Positions 28,704 through 39,483 of a stretch of 64,000 nucleotides of DNA are shown piece by piece; the stretch's first letter is position 1; each line of letters opens with the position of its first letter. The stretch comes from an uncultured Chloroflexia bacterium (GTDB lineage Bacteria; Chloroflexota; Anaerolineae; Anaerolineales; UBA4823), in NCBI GenBank assembly GCA_963774935.1, contig CAVZGO010000007.1:215861-279860 (forward strand), written 5' to 3'. Made by a program: the position numbers and the translations under genes. Below the pieces are notes generated by a model. The model was not told where the DNA came from and did no database searches. It saw nothing but the letters and a program-made list of their open reading frames with translations.

Positions 28704-30885
28704 TCACGGCTCCGGCGTAGCGGTCACATTGTAAATGGATTCCCAGTCATAGAGCTTTCCCGGTATGCCGCGGAAATACAGCTCGACAATCCGGCGGAAG
28801 ACTGGTGCAGCATAATCTGAGCCTTCGCCCGCATTTTCCATAACTACCGCTACGGCAATATCGGGGTGATCTGCCTGTTCGGCGAAGGTGTAGCCGGCAA
28901 ACCAGGCGTGCGGCGCGCTGATGCCAGTTTGCGCTGTGCCGGTTTTACCCGCTACGGGGAACTCCAGACCGGTAAAAACGTGGTATGCCGTGCCGCGCGG
29001 CTGCGTGCTCGACACCACCCCCACCATCGCCTGCTGAATTACCTCCAGGACCTCTGCTGAGACTGGCAATTGACCAAGCACCTTCGGTTGGAAGATCTGC
29101 TCTGGCTGACCATCGAGTGGAACGATTCTCTCAATCAGCTGCGGCTGGTAGAGGGTGCCGCCATTCCCGATTGCAGCAACGAAATTGGCTACCTGCAAGG
29201 GAGTGACCAGCAGCGCTCCCTGACCGATCGACTGGTTGGTCGCATCGCTCTGGCTTTCTGGCTCAGGTACCTGACCGGCGACTTCGTCCACCCCTACAAT
29301 TCCGGTCGGTTTACCCAATCCAAAACCACCTGCCATCTCCGTCACCAAATTACCCATTCCCCGGTTGAATAGATCCAGCCCAATATGATAGAACCAGGGA
29401 TTGCAGGAACGTATCAATCCCCCAGGCAAAGTTAAATTGCCACTGGCGGGGAAATCATAATCGTAGGTCCAGTCATACAGGGTAACTCCCTGCAGCTCAG
29501 TAAAGGTTTTTCCGCAATAATACGTTGAGCCTGAAGAGTATTCCCCACTCTCAAGAGCCGCTGCCATGGTAATAATCTTGAATACCGAGCCAAGCGGATA
29601 TTGACCCTGGGAAGCTCGATTAAATAATGGCTGGTCAGGACTATCCAGGTTCGCTTGCAGCACTCCACTATTATAGTTAACCGGCTCAAAGGCATTCGGG
29701 TCAAAGTCTGGTGAGGAAGCCATCGCCAGGACCCGACCGGTATCACGCTCGATCACGACGGCTGCTGCCCGGAAACCTGAGATGGCTTGCTGAACCCCTT
29801 CCTGGAAGTCTCGATCCAGAGTTGTGTAAATTGCCTGCGCTGGCTTGGCTGTCTTTTCAGCAAGGATGGTGACTGGTTGCCCGGAGGAGTTGCGCACATA
29901 TAGCGCGCCACCACGCTGACCCGAAAGCACGCTCTCGCCCCACTTTTCCAGCCCGCTCAGTCCAATCCGATCACCAATCTGGTAGCCCTGGCGGAGATAC
30001 TCGCTTTGCTGCTCAGCGGGTATCTCACCCATATAGCCCAGCACATGCGCTCCCACACCACCATCGAAATAATAACGAGACTTATAGGAGCTCAATGATA
30101 GCCCGCTTAAACCATTCAATGTTTCGTAACGGCTGGTTACTTCGTCTGCTGTTACCTCTCCTAACGGCAGATACCAACCCGCGCCAGCCGGAAAGTTGGC
30201 GTGCATAGCCTGGATTGTCTCAACCCGCAAACCGGTTAGCTCCGAGAGCTGGGTGTAGAGAAATTCTGCCTGTGCTGGATCAATCTGATCCGGGTAAAGA
30301 CCGATGGCAACTGCATCAGCCTGAGCTACCAGGGCATGACCGTTTCGGTCGTAAATGTTTCCCCGGGACGGTTTATAACCCTGAGTGTCCATACTCAGGT
30401 AATTGCTGCCCTTTAACTGCGGCAGCACCAGAGAATCGTCCCATTGCACCCGCCATTTTCCACCCTCCAGGCTAAGGTTCATCACCGTATCTGCCTGCAC
30501 CTGACCTACCAGGGAGCTGTCCAGGTTCGACGCGATAGCTCACCTGAGCCTGGTCTGGGTTTGTCAAGGAGGTGAGCAGCTGGTAATCCACCCCACTGAG
30601 GGCTGCTTCTGCTGCAACCCCCTGGTAATGTTCGATGAACTTTTCTTCGCTGATGGCAGCCTGGCTGATGGAGGTCAGCATGGCGTACATCGCAGGATAA
30701 TCCTCTTGCTTCCAGGCATCCAGATAAGCGCGTGCTGCGCGTTGGACATCAGGCAGGTTGGCAGGCAAATTTACCGTAGGAGTACCTGGAGGCGTCCCTG
30801 CCGGGGTGCCCACAATTCCAAGGGTACACCCAGACAGAAGCAAAACACCTAATAAAATCCAACCAACTTGCAGCTTTAAAGACAT
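28704..30885 (-). pseudogene. class B penicillin-binding protein (transpeptidase) with N-terminal NTF2-like (MecA_N-type) domain, frame broken near 30529-30533
   Basis: Transpeptidase motifs SVFK, SCN and KTGTA. The N-terminal fragment (ORF 30472..30909, lipoprotein-like LLLSGC, start at ATG 30885) ends ...AQVSYR. The other frame continues SNLDSSLVGQVQADTVMNLSLEGGKWRVQW. One extra base explains the break. Confidence 0.8.
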
Positions 30886-30886
30886 C

Positions 30887-31555
30887 TCAATCCTTCGATT
30901 CCAAACCATTCAACTGCTGGTAAACCCGGCAGGTTGTTTCATCTCTATCCGTGCAGACCAATTCAGGTTTCACCCTCGCCTGACATCCAGAAGCCTTCAG
31001 CAAACGCTCAAGGCGGCACAAGGGCAATCCAACCACGTTGGCAAAACAACCATGCCAGGCGTGCACGGGTGAAAAACCTGTATGTTGAATCGCATAGCCG
31101 CCTGCCTTGTCAAAGGGGTCTCCAGAGGCGATATAGGCGCGCATCTCAGTCTCGCTGAATTCTCGCATCTGCACATCCGTTGTGCAAAGATCACGCCAGC
31201 ACTCTCCATCCTTGCCACGCAGCAACGCTAGCCCACTGAGTACCTGGTGTGTGCGACCACGCAAACTGCTGAGCATGGCTTCAGCTTCGGCAACATCGGC
31301 AGGTTTGCCGAGGATCTGCCCGTCGATCGCAACAGTCGTATCAGCCGCCAATACCCAGCTTTGACCCGCCCGGGTCGGCTCCAGGTTGGCTAAGGTTACC
31401 CGAGCCTTGGTTTCTGCCAGCCGCAAAACATACTCTGCTGCAGTTTCGCCAGCAAGCAAACACTCATCAATATGCGCTGGAGCCACCACAAAATCGATGC
31501 CAGAAAGGCTCAGCAATTCCTTGCGACGAGGAGAATTAGATGCAAGCACTAACAT
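30887..31555 (-). CDS. maf: Maf-like nucleoside triphosphate pyrophosphatase with a roughly 45-aa Cys-containing C-terminal extension
   Basis: ASNSPRRKELL, GKP and GGYAIQ motifs. A 4-Cys tail follows the usual VVGLPL end. Confidence 0.88.
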   Translation of the reverse strand: MLVLASNSPRRKELLSLSGIDFVVAPAHIDECLLAGETAAEYVLRLAETKARVTLANLEPTRAGQSWVLAADTTVAIDGQILGKPADVAEAEAMLSSLRGRTHQVLSGLALLRGKDGECWRDLCTTDVQMREFSETEMRAYIASGDPFDKAGGYAIQHTGFSPVHAWHGCFANVVGLPLCRLERLLKASGCQARVKPELVCTDRDETTCRVYQQLNGLESKD

Positions 31556-31657
31556 TAAAAAAAGATTCTAACACAAACTATTTACCAGACCCTGGCATAC
31601 AGCCGGAAGGCGTTGTAGAATTGTCTAAACCAATCGAACAGATTACGGGAGAGAAAC

Positions 31658-32236
31658 ATGCGTGAACTAGAAGAGCGGATATTGCGAGAAGGGAAAAACC
31701 TGGGAAATGGCATCTTGAAAGTTGATGGCTTTATCAACCACCAGGTTGACCCAGGATTAATGGATAGCTGTGGTAGAGAGCTGGCGGAACGCTTTCGGCA
31801 TGTCAAAGCTACCAAGGTGCTTACCGCGGAGATTTCCGGTATCGCCCCCGCGTTGACTACCGCCTATCACCTGGGTTTGCCAGTCGTTTATGCCCGCAAG
31901 CATAAACCCATAACCATGCCCGACCAGGTTTTCCTGACCCTTACCCCGTCGCACACGAAGGGACGCACCGTTGAATTGATCATTTCCCCAGAATATCTTG
32001 CGGGCGGTGAGCGTGTGCTGATTATTGACGACTTTCTTGCCACCGGCGCCACCATCCTGGGGTTGGTACGGCTCGCTCAAACTGCCGGGGCAACCATCGT
32101 TGGGATCGGTGCGCTCATCGAAAAAACCTTCGAAGGCGGTCGTGATACGCTATCTTCATTAGGCGTGCCGATTGAGTCGCTGGCAGCAATTCAATCCATG
32201 GAAGGCGACCAGATCACCTTTGCCACATCCGTATGA
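31658..32236 (+). CDS. xpt: xanthine phosphoribosyltransferase
   Basis: [33 protein letters not shown]-terminus typical of Xpt, and PRPP motif [13 protein letters not shown]. Confidence 0.92.
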   Translation: MRELEERILREGKNLGNGILKVDGFINHQVDPGLMDSCGRELAERFRHVKATKVLTAEISGIAPALTTAYHLGLPVVYARKHKPITMPDQVFLTLTPSHTKGRTVELIISPEYLAGGERVLIIDDFLATGATILGLVRLAQTAGATIVGIGALIEKTFEGGRDTLSSLGVPIESLAAIQSMEGDQITFATSV

Positions 32237-33813
32237 CCGGCGCGATTATCATCCTGGATTTTGGCTCGCAGTATTCCCAGCTAATTGCAAGGCGGGTACG
32301 TGAGCTGAATGTCTACAGCGAGCTGCTACCCTGGGATGCACCCCAGGAAAAAATATTCGCTGTCCAGCCCAAAGGTTTTATTCTATCGGGTGGGCCTGCC
32401 TCTGTCTATGAGCCTGGCGCGCCTCAAATTCCTGCTTATGTTTTGGATAGCCGCCTGCCAATTCTCGGCATCTGCTATGGTATGCAAGCGCTTACCTACA
32501 ACCTGAACGGCGTTGTAGCTCCCTCGAGCGAGCGGGAATACGGCTCAGCCCAAATTGAAACGACTCAGGAGAACCCGCTGCTGCCCAGCGGGGCGCAGAA
32601 AGTGTGGATGTCTCATGGCGATCGCATTGTCACCCCGCCACCGGGTTTCGTTACACTGGCTACCAGCGCAAACTCACCAATAGCTGCGATGGGCGACCTG
32701 CAGCGCGGCTATTTTGGCTTGCAGTTTCATCCAGAAGTACACCATACACCTGGCGGCAAAGAAATTCTGCGTCGATTCGTTTTTGATATCTGCCGGGCTA
32801 CCCCTGATTGGAGCACCGAATCGATCATCTCTGAAAGTATCGCTCGCATCCGGAACACAGTCGGGGGCGCTGCCGTGCTTTCAGCGGTCAGCGGGGGCGT
32901 TGATTCTAGTGTAGCCACGGCTATAGTGCAGCGCGCTATCGGAGAGCAGCTCGTTGCTGTGTTTGTCAATAACGGCTTGCTGCGCCAGGGCGAAGCTGGT
33001 CAAGTTCAAACTGTTCTTCACGAAGAATTAGGAGTCGAGCTGGTGGTCGTAGACGCGGTCGACCGCTTCATGGCTGCCTTGCACGGTGTCACGGAACCAG
33101 AAAAGAAGCGCCGGATTATCGGCGAGCTGTTCATCCGAATTTTTGAAAATGAAGCCCAGCAGCTTGGTTTGATGGAGCAGCCGCGGCGATTTTTAGTGCA
33201 GGGCACAATCTACCCAGATGTCGTCGAATCCAGTGCTCCAGATCGTTCTAAAGCGCAACGCATTAAAACCCATCACAATGTAGGAGGATTGCCCGAAGCA
33301 ATGCATTTTGAGCTGGTGGAGCCACTGCGTTATCTATTCAAGGATGAAGTCCGCATGGTTGGCAAAGCTTTAGGCTTACCGGATGAAATGGTCTGGCGGC
33401 AGCCGTTTCCGGGACCGGGGTTGGCGGTACGTTGTCTGGGAGAGGTCACATTGGATCGCCTGAACTGCCTGCGAGCTGCAGACGCTATATTCACTGCAGA
33501 GCTAGCCAGCGCCGGATTGATGCGAAGAGGCTCAGAAATAGCTGATTCCTCAACCAGCGCAGGAATTTCACAGGCATTTGCCGTCTTACTGCCTGTGCGC
33601 TCTGTTGGCGTGATGGGCGACCAGCGTACTTATCAGGAAGTGGTCGCATTGCGGGCAGTAGCCACAGAAGATTTCATGACTGCCGATTGGGCGAGACTGC
33701 CATATGACCTGATGGGCCGCGTCGCCAACCGCATTGTCAATGAGGTTAAAGGCGTTAACAGGGTAGTCTACGATATTACCAGCAAGCCTCCTGCCACCAT
33801 TGAGTGGGAATAA
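32233..33813 (+). CDS. guaA: glutamine-hydrolysing GMP synthase
   Basis: GATase Cys (GICYGMQ), ATP-PPase P-loop SGGVDSS and C-terminal [12 protein letters not shown] overlap with xpt. Confidence 0.95.
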   Translation: MTGAIIILDFGSQYSQLIARRVRELNVYSELLPWDAPQEKIFAVQPKGFILSGGPASVYEPGAPQIPAYVLDSRLPILGICYGMQALTYNLNGVVAPSSEREYGSAQIETTQENPLLPSGAQKVWMSHGDRIVTPPPGFVTLATSANSPIAAMGDLQRGYFGLQFHPEVHHTPGGKEILRRFVFDICRATPDWSTESIISESIARIRNTVGGAAVLSAVSGGVDSSVATAIVQRAIGEQLVAVFVNNGLLRQGEAGQVQTVLHEELGVELVVVDAVDRFMAALHGVTEPEKKRRIIGELFIRIFENEAQQLGLMEQPRRFLVQGTIYPDVVESSAPDRSKAQRIKTHHNVGGLPEAMHFELVEPLRYLFKDEVRMVGKALGLPDEMVWRQPFPGPGLAVRCLGEVTLDRLNCLRAADAIFTAELASAGLMRRGSEIADSSTSAGISQAFAVLLPVRSVGVMGDQRTYQEVVALRAVATEDFMTADWARLPYDLMGRVANRIVNEVKGVNRVVYDITSKPPATIEWE

Positions 33814-33887
33814 CATCCCGAAGGGCTTCAGGCTGGCAGCCTACAGGAGCATCCTGTATCCTGTTATAGGTGTGCTAAAATCTGATT

Positions 33888-35823
33888 ATGCGCTTACGCG
33901 GTGTACTCTTTTCACTGGTAATCTTCATCATATTATTTTCTGTATACCCTGTCTGGGCACAGACCGAGACATCCCCGCCCAGCGCCAACCTGTCTACACC
34001 CGATCTAGAGGATTTTCCGATAATCGAAGCTTACCTGGATGTACGCGAACCATCGGGCAAGTTCGTATCCGGCCTACAAGCAGACGATGTATTGGTTATT
34101 GAAGACCTGCAAAAGCTGCCTGTCAAGCAACTGCAGCAGTTTCACCCCGGCGTACAGCTGGTGCTGGCTCTCAATGGGGGTAGCGCCCTCGCCATACAAA
34201 ACAGCCAGGGCGCCTCACGTGCTGAATTGATCGCCCAGGCGCTCAGCAGATGGGCGACCAGCCGGCGAGGCTCTACCATCGACGATCTGAGCATGCTGCT
34301 GCCAAATAGCGAGGTGATCAGTCATTTATCCGATCCCATTGATTGGATCTCAGCGCTCAACCTTGGAGCGATTGACCTGCGTCAGTTCGAGCCCAACCTG
34401 GATATCCTTTTTCGAGCGGTAGAAAAGGCGGCGGATCCAACTCCTCGAACGGGAATGAACCGCTCTGTTTTGTTCATCACTCCACCGATTGCAAGCCAGG
34501 ATGCTCTCTCTACCGAGAACCTGATCGCCAGAGCGAATCAATTGGGCGTAAATATCAATGTTTGGATGGTACCAGATCCCGGGGTAGTATCAACGACAGC
34601 CGAAGGACAATTGAAAAACCTGGCTGCTCAGACCGGTGGACAGTTCTTTTTATACAGCGAGGCTAACCCAACGCTTGACCTGGAGGAGATCATCGGCTCG
34701 GCGAGAACCGTTTACCGCCTGACTTACCAATCTCAAATTCGGACTGCCGGCACACATCAGTTAGCAGCAGAAGTTCAAACTTCATCCGGGACAGTGACCA
34801 CTCCAGTGCAAAATTTTGAGGTGCTCATCTACCCCCCTGATCCAGCCTTTATTGCACCTCCGCTCGAAATCCAACGCCTACCTCCTCTCGATGAAAACGG
34901 CGAGCAGATTACAGACACACCTGTTGATGAATTCACCCCCGATCAGCAGGAATTACAAATATTGATCACTTTCCCAGATGAACGCGTGCGCCCAATTGTC
35001 CGCACTGCACTTTTTGTAGATGGACAGCAGGTGGCTGAAAGGACTGAGGAGCCTTTCGATCAGTTTGTATGGGATCTGAAAAATTATCAGACCAGTGGAT
35101 CACATACATTACGCGTCGAGGCGCAAGACAGTTTTGGGCTAACAGGCAGCAGCATTGAGAAGATCGTCCAGGTGCTGGTTTTACTGCCACCACGCAATCC
35201 CTGGTCATGGGTTACACAAAATCTTACAGTCCTCTCTATCCTGGCAGTGGTAGTCCTCGGAGCGGTACTGCTGCTTGTACTGGTTTTGGGCGGCAGAATT
35301 CGTCCTGCCACACCCGGTAGGCGAAAACACGCCCGTCGGAGATCTGATCCGGTCACCCAACCAGTAGTTGTCAAGAAAGAGCTACCTGCACGCAAAGCCG
35401 GCTGGGCTAGCCGGATTCACTGGCCGCAACGCCATATCGCTCCGAAAGCCTTGGCCTTTCTTAGCCGGATAAGTGATGATGAAAGCGCACAAGATGTTCG
35501 CGATGGTACCAATCACGACAACAGAAACCACTCTGGGAAGTGATCCTAACCTTGCCACACTGGTTTTGGATGATCCAACTGTTGAAGGCTTGCATTCACG
35601 CCTGATTCAGGGGGAGAATGGTTCATTCCGCTTAACGGATGAAGGGTCTATCGCGGGCACCTGGATCAATTATTCTCCAGTTTCTCGCGAGGGTGCAGCA
35701 CTGGAGCACGGTGATCTGGTGCACATTGGTCGCGTGGGCTTTCGTTTTTCGCTGCGCCAACCCGGGATTGGGCGTAAGCCAGTGGTAAAGCATATCGAGG
35801 ATCAGGAGAAACCAGAACCATGA
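33888..35823 (+). pseudogene. secreted vWA-like / Ig-like domain - TM - cytoplasmic FHA domain protein; FHA part is in the +1 frame from about 35500
   Basis: Signal peptide (VYPVWAQT), a vWA-like fold with degenerate MIDAS, an Ig-like region and a TM segment (LTVLSILAVVVLGAVLLLVLVLGG). ALAFLSRISDDESAQDV supplies the first FHA strand. The rest of the FHA domain (PITTTETTLGSDP...VEGLHSRL...GTWIN) is in ORF 35473..35823. Skipping one base (about 35502) gives AQDVRMVPITTTE. Alternatively these are two genes. Confidence 0.6.
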
Positions 35824-36977
35824 TCCAGATCTCCCAAGCCCATTTGCGTGTCGCTGCAGGCACCCATCCGGGAATGCGAGGCAAGGAGAATGAGGACCGC
35901 TTCGCTGTCTCTGCTTATCAGACGAACTCTACCCCATCGTTACCCTCTGTCTTTGCTATATTGGCAGACGGCATTGGCGGTCACCTGGCTGGTGAGCTTG
36001 CCGCTGAAATGGCCGTTGAATATATTTCGAAAGCTATAGGCAGCAGCGATGCAGCTCAACCGATAGAATACCTGCGCCAATCTATCGTCCATGCCTCGAT
36101 GGAAATCTTCCAGCACTCCTTAAACCAACCCGAATTGGAAGGCATGGGCACTACCTGCGCATGTGCCTGGGTTATCGGTGACCGGCTTTATACTGCATCC
36201 GTTGGTGATTCGCGCATATACCTGATCCGCCAAAACACGATTCAACAGATCAGCATTGACCATACCTGGATACAGGAAGCACTTGATTATGGCTTGATCA
36301 CCCCTGAACAGGCGCGCAGTCACCCAAACATTCATGTCATACGGCGCTTTCTCGGTTCACGCCAGCCTGTTGAGCCTGACACACGCCTGCGTTTGAGCCC
36401 AGGTGAAGAAAATGCACAGAGCGAAGCTAATCAGGGTTTACAACTGCATTCCAAAGACACCATCGTCTTATGCAGCGATGGTTTGACTGATCTGGTAGCC
36501 GAGAGTGAAATCCTGGCAAATTTCCAAAAGGATGGCCTACAAGACAGTATAGAACACCTAATTCGCATCGCGAATCAGCGCGGCGGTCACGATAATATCA
36601 CGCTGGTCGCTTTGCAAGTTCCCGAACCCCCTGATGCCCCTCAAGAAAGAGAAATTATTAAAAAGCCACGCAGGAATAAATTATTGACCATCTCCCTGGT
36701 AATCGTCCTGATCGTGGCTCTACTGGCAGGGCTGGCGTGGGCAAGCCAGAAAGTACTAAAACGAGGCGAGACGCAACTTACTGACACCGCCCCCGCTGCT
36801 GGTCAACTGACCCAACCGGTGAGCAGCATAACCCCCACGGCTTTGCCAAGCGCAACGCCATATCGACCAACCGCGATCCAAACAGAAGTACCGTCAACAA
36901 TGCCACCTTTAACGTCGACGTCTCTACCGCCAGCGGCTACTTTCACCCCCTGGCCGACAAATACGAGTATTCCCTAA
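35820..36977 (+). CDS. PP2C-family Ser/Thr phosphatase with C-terminal TM anchor and PT-rich extracytoplasmic tail
   Basis: Motifs EDRF, ADGIGGH, GDSRIYL, CSDGLTD and GGHDNIT. The TM is LLTISLVIVLIVALLAGLAW. ATGA overlap with the FHA ORF. Confidence 0.9.
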   Translation: MIQISQAHLRVAAGTHPGMRGKENEDRFAVSAYQTNSTPSLPSVFAILADGIGGHLAGELAAEMAVEYISKAIGSSDAAQPIEYLRQSIVHASMEIFQHSLNQPELEGMGTTCACAWVIGDRLYTASVGDSRIYLIRQNTIQQISIDHTWIQEALDYGLITPEQARSHPNIHVIRRFLGSRQPVEPDTRLRLSPGEENAQSEANQGLQLHSKDTIVLCSDGLTDLVAESEILANFQKDGLQDSIEHLIRIANQRGGHDNITLVALQVPEPPDAPQEREIIKKPRRNKLLTISLVIVLIVALLAGLAWASQKVLKRGETQLTDTAPAAGQLTQPVSSITPTALPSATPYRPTAIQTEVPSTMPPLTSTSLPPAATFTPWPTNTSIP

Positions 36978-36984
36978 TTCAATC

Positions 36985-39366
36985 CTAAGGCACAGTGGCG
37001 TAATAAACCTGATTTGCGACCGCCAGGTAAATAACCCTTTCCACGTTGTCCACTGTAAAAGCGGTCGCATCTCCACCTGGAAGCGTCTCGACGGGACCGA
37101 ACCGGCGCTGGTAAGCCAGATTGCGCAGGCTGAAGCGGTCAACAACTTGATCTTTCCCTACCAACAAGAACAGGGATGGATCGGGAGGTGGGCTATATTC
37201 CAACCGGCTGTATGTGGGGTATACGCTCATTGTAGTATTTTCACGCCCCACACGCATATCCAAGTATGGAGCCGGATCCGCACAACGATTGGGTGAAACA
37301 GAACCCAAATTGCTGGTAAGGCACAAAGTCATGCGACCATCCGCATGCAGCAGGTATAACTCTTCATTACTCACCGCCAGATCAACAACATCCTGCAACG
37401 CCAGAGGTTGCTCACCCAGGTATGCGGCTGGAGGATTTTCAAAGTCACCATTCCAGTAAACCCACACTGTAGAATTGGATGGATCCACCAGATACAGGTC
37501 TGTGTAATTGAGCGCAAAACTTGAAATGTTTCCGAGTGCCTTATCCGCCGGTCCTGGAAGCTTCTCATCCTGGGGAGGTGCATCTGGAAAACAATACAAC
37601 AGGGTACCCTGAGCGTCGATGCCTATAATGCTGGCAAAAGGATCCAGGCTTGCTGTCCAGGCGCGCATATCCACTAAAGGTCCAATAGCAGCGTTGCTCT
37701 CTGGTCCGCATGCAAAGCCCTGGTCAATCTCGTAACCCTGATTCGTATAGATTGCGCGCAGGACTTCTCCATTCGCACTATTTAGCAAGTACAAATCAGT
37801 ATCCACGACAACCAGGCGGCTGATGAGCGTGCCCTCCTTCAGACCGCCGATGATGGCAGGCTTATAATCTATACGCCGTACAAGATCCAGTTCATCCAGT
37901 GCACTCTGAACTTGAACTCGCATAGTTTGGGTTTCAGGACGCTGATTGTATTCATCAGCCAGATCAAGATAAATTAAAGCCGCGGTTAATGCTTCTCTGC
38001 GCTTTTGAGGATCCGTTTGTGCCTGGGCTTGCTCTACCGCTTGCAAAGACTGGTTATAGATCTGGTCAGATTTTGCTGCTAAGCCTTGACGCAGGTACAC
38101 GGTTGTGGCGGCTACAACAATCACGAGCGGGATTGCCAATGCAGTGAAAGCCATCACTGAGTTTGGTATCTTCGCAATTGACTCTTCTGGTAACAGCCGG
38201 CCAAACAGACCTGACAAAGCTCGCGCAAATGGCCGCGCCACGAGCGCCAGCCCAGCTCCGACGCGCACCATAAAACCACGGCGCGGTGTTTTGGGCTGTG
38301 CTGGAGACGAAGTTGCGCCAGCTCGTTCTGCGACCTGCGGATCGGCGCCAACGGGCTGAGTTACAGACGTGGGGTAACCTGCGCCTGATATATAACCGTC
38401 GCTCGGGGCGTATTCGATTTCAGGAAGCGGTTGGTAGTCATCCGGCAGATCGGCATTTAAGGCTGCTGCCATTACCACACCTTCACCTGAGCTGCCCAAA
38501 TCCATAGAAGGGTGAGGTGTTACAGATTTTCCAATCTGTGCTGTTTCTGATGGGCTCGCAATCTCAGCGGTACCAGGTGATGCCGAGCTAGCAGCTATAG
38601 CTGTAACTTCAGGATGTGCCATCGGTGTTGCGACCAGTGGAGTCACCGGTTTTAAGGTCTGTGTCGATAACGCTTCTACTTTAAGAAGGTTAACCTTGCC
38701 ACTGCCAGACTTGAATTGGAAAACTGCTGCGCTGAAATCACCGCCTTTGCTAGCCAATAGCTGGCGCTGGCTTTCAAAGCCCTGCCCATATAGGCTGTCG
38801 ATCAGACTGGCATCCCAACCAGCAGCCGGTCGAGCTGCCAAAATCAAGGTGTCTGTCGCCTGTAGAGTGGTCTGAAAGTAACGCAGAGGTGTGCTCTGGC
38901 TTGACCCTAATCCCCTGCCAGAAAGAGAAGAATCATGCAGAATTTGCGTCTGCTCTCCAGAAAGGAAATAAGCTGTTACCAGACCGGATTGAGACAAAAA
39001 TAATTGCTCACCACGCAGCACCAGTAACGAGAGTGAGCCGACAACCTGATGGGCGCTTCCAGTGTGTTGTAAGTTTCGCCGCATCAGTAGGTTGTTCAAC
39101 GCCTCAGCAGTATCACGTAACGCCGATGTGATAGAACCCGAAGTGCTGTAATAAGTTCGAGCCAGGTCTGTCAGGATCTGCTCCTGTTGCTCCGGAGAGA
39201 CATCCAGGCTGCCACTCAGATCCATATAAATTACAAGCTGGTCGGTTTCCCGACCTCGCGCCGCTCGGCGCGGGCGGGCTACTGCTTTGAAACCTGGTAA
39301 TTCTGGCTGGTCTTTTCCCCAACGTCGAAAGAGAGGCAGAATATCAATATCCAACACATTCGGCAT
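36985..39366 (-). CDS. hypothetical membrane protein: N-terminal degenerate PP2C-like domain, one TM, C-terminal beta-propeller-like repeats
   Basis: 793 aa. The N-terminal pattern (LVIYMDLSG...LSLLVLRGEQLFLSQSGLVTAYFLSG..QILHD...TLILAARP) mimics the PPM fold but lacks the metal-binding Asp motifs. The TM is AFTALAIPLVIVVAATTVYL. The C-terminus has repeated ...DLYLL/ELYLLH/VIYLAV blade-like units. The domain calls are inference. Confidence 0.5.
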   Translation of the reverse strand: MPNVLDIDILPLFRRWGKDQPELPGFKAVARPRRAARGRETDQLVIYMDLSGSLDVSPEQQEQILTDLARTYYSTSGSITSALRDTAEALNNLLMRRNLQHTGSAHQVVGSLSLLVLRGEQLFLSQSGLVTAYFLSGEQTQILHDSSLSGRGLGSSQSTPLRYFQTTLQATDTLILAARPAAGWDASLIDSLYGQGFESQRQLLASKGGDFSAAVFQFKSGSGKVNLLKVEALSTQTLKPVTPLVATPMAHPEVTAIAASSASPGTAEIASPSETAQIGKSVTPHPSMDLGSSGEGVVMAAALNADLPDDYQPLPEIEYAPSDGYISGAGYPTSVTQPVGADPQVAERAGATSSPAQPKTPRRGFMVRVGAGLALVARPFARALSGLFGRLLPEESIAKIPNSVMAFTALAIPLVIVVAATTVYLRQGLAAKSDQIYNQSLQAVEQAQAQTDPQKRREALTAALIYLDLADEYNQRPETQTMRVQVQSALDELDLVRRIDYKPAIIGGLKEGTLISRLVVVDTDLYLLNSANGEVLRAIYTNQGYEIDQGFACGPESNAAIGPLVDMRAWTASLDPFASIIGIDAQGTLLYCFPDAPPQDEKLPGPADKALGNISSFALNYTDLYLVDPSNSTVWVYWNGDFENPPAAYLGEQPLALQDVVDLAVSNEELYLLHADGRMTLCLTSNLGSVSPNRCADPAPYLDMRVGRENTTMSVYPTYSRLEYSPPPDPSLFLLVGKDQVVDRFSLRNLAYQRRFGPVETLPGGDATAFTVDNVERVIYLAVANQVYYATVP

Positions 39367-39483
39367 GGCACACGCAACCTTTGCTTAGATCCTCAGATAT
39401 AAACCGATTATACTGGTAAAATGCATGCGGCAACAGACGCACCCTGCACTGAGCCAGAGAATACCAATCCCACAAGGGTCCTT

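Noticed and set aside
31556-31657. Possible purine (guanine) riboswitch upstream of xpt-guaA, as in Bacillus xpt
   Set aside because: The 100-nt gap lacks the conserved purine-aptamer elements (UAUAAU...GUUUCUACC...CCGUAAAU...ACUA) and has no three-way-junction pairing that I can draw. No terminator follows it.
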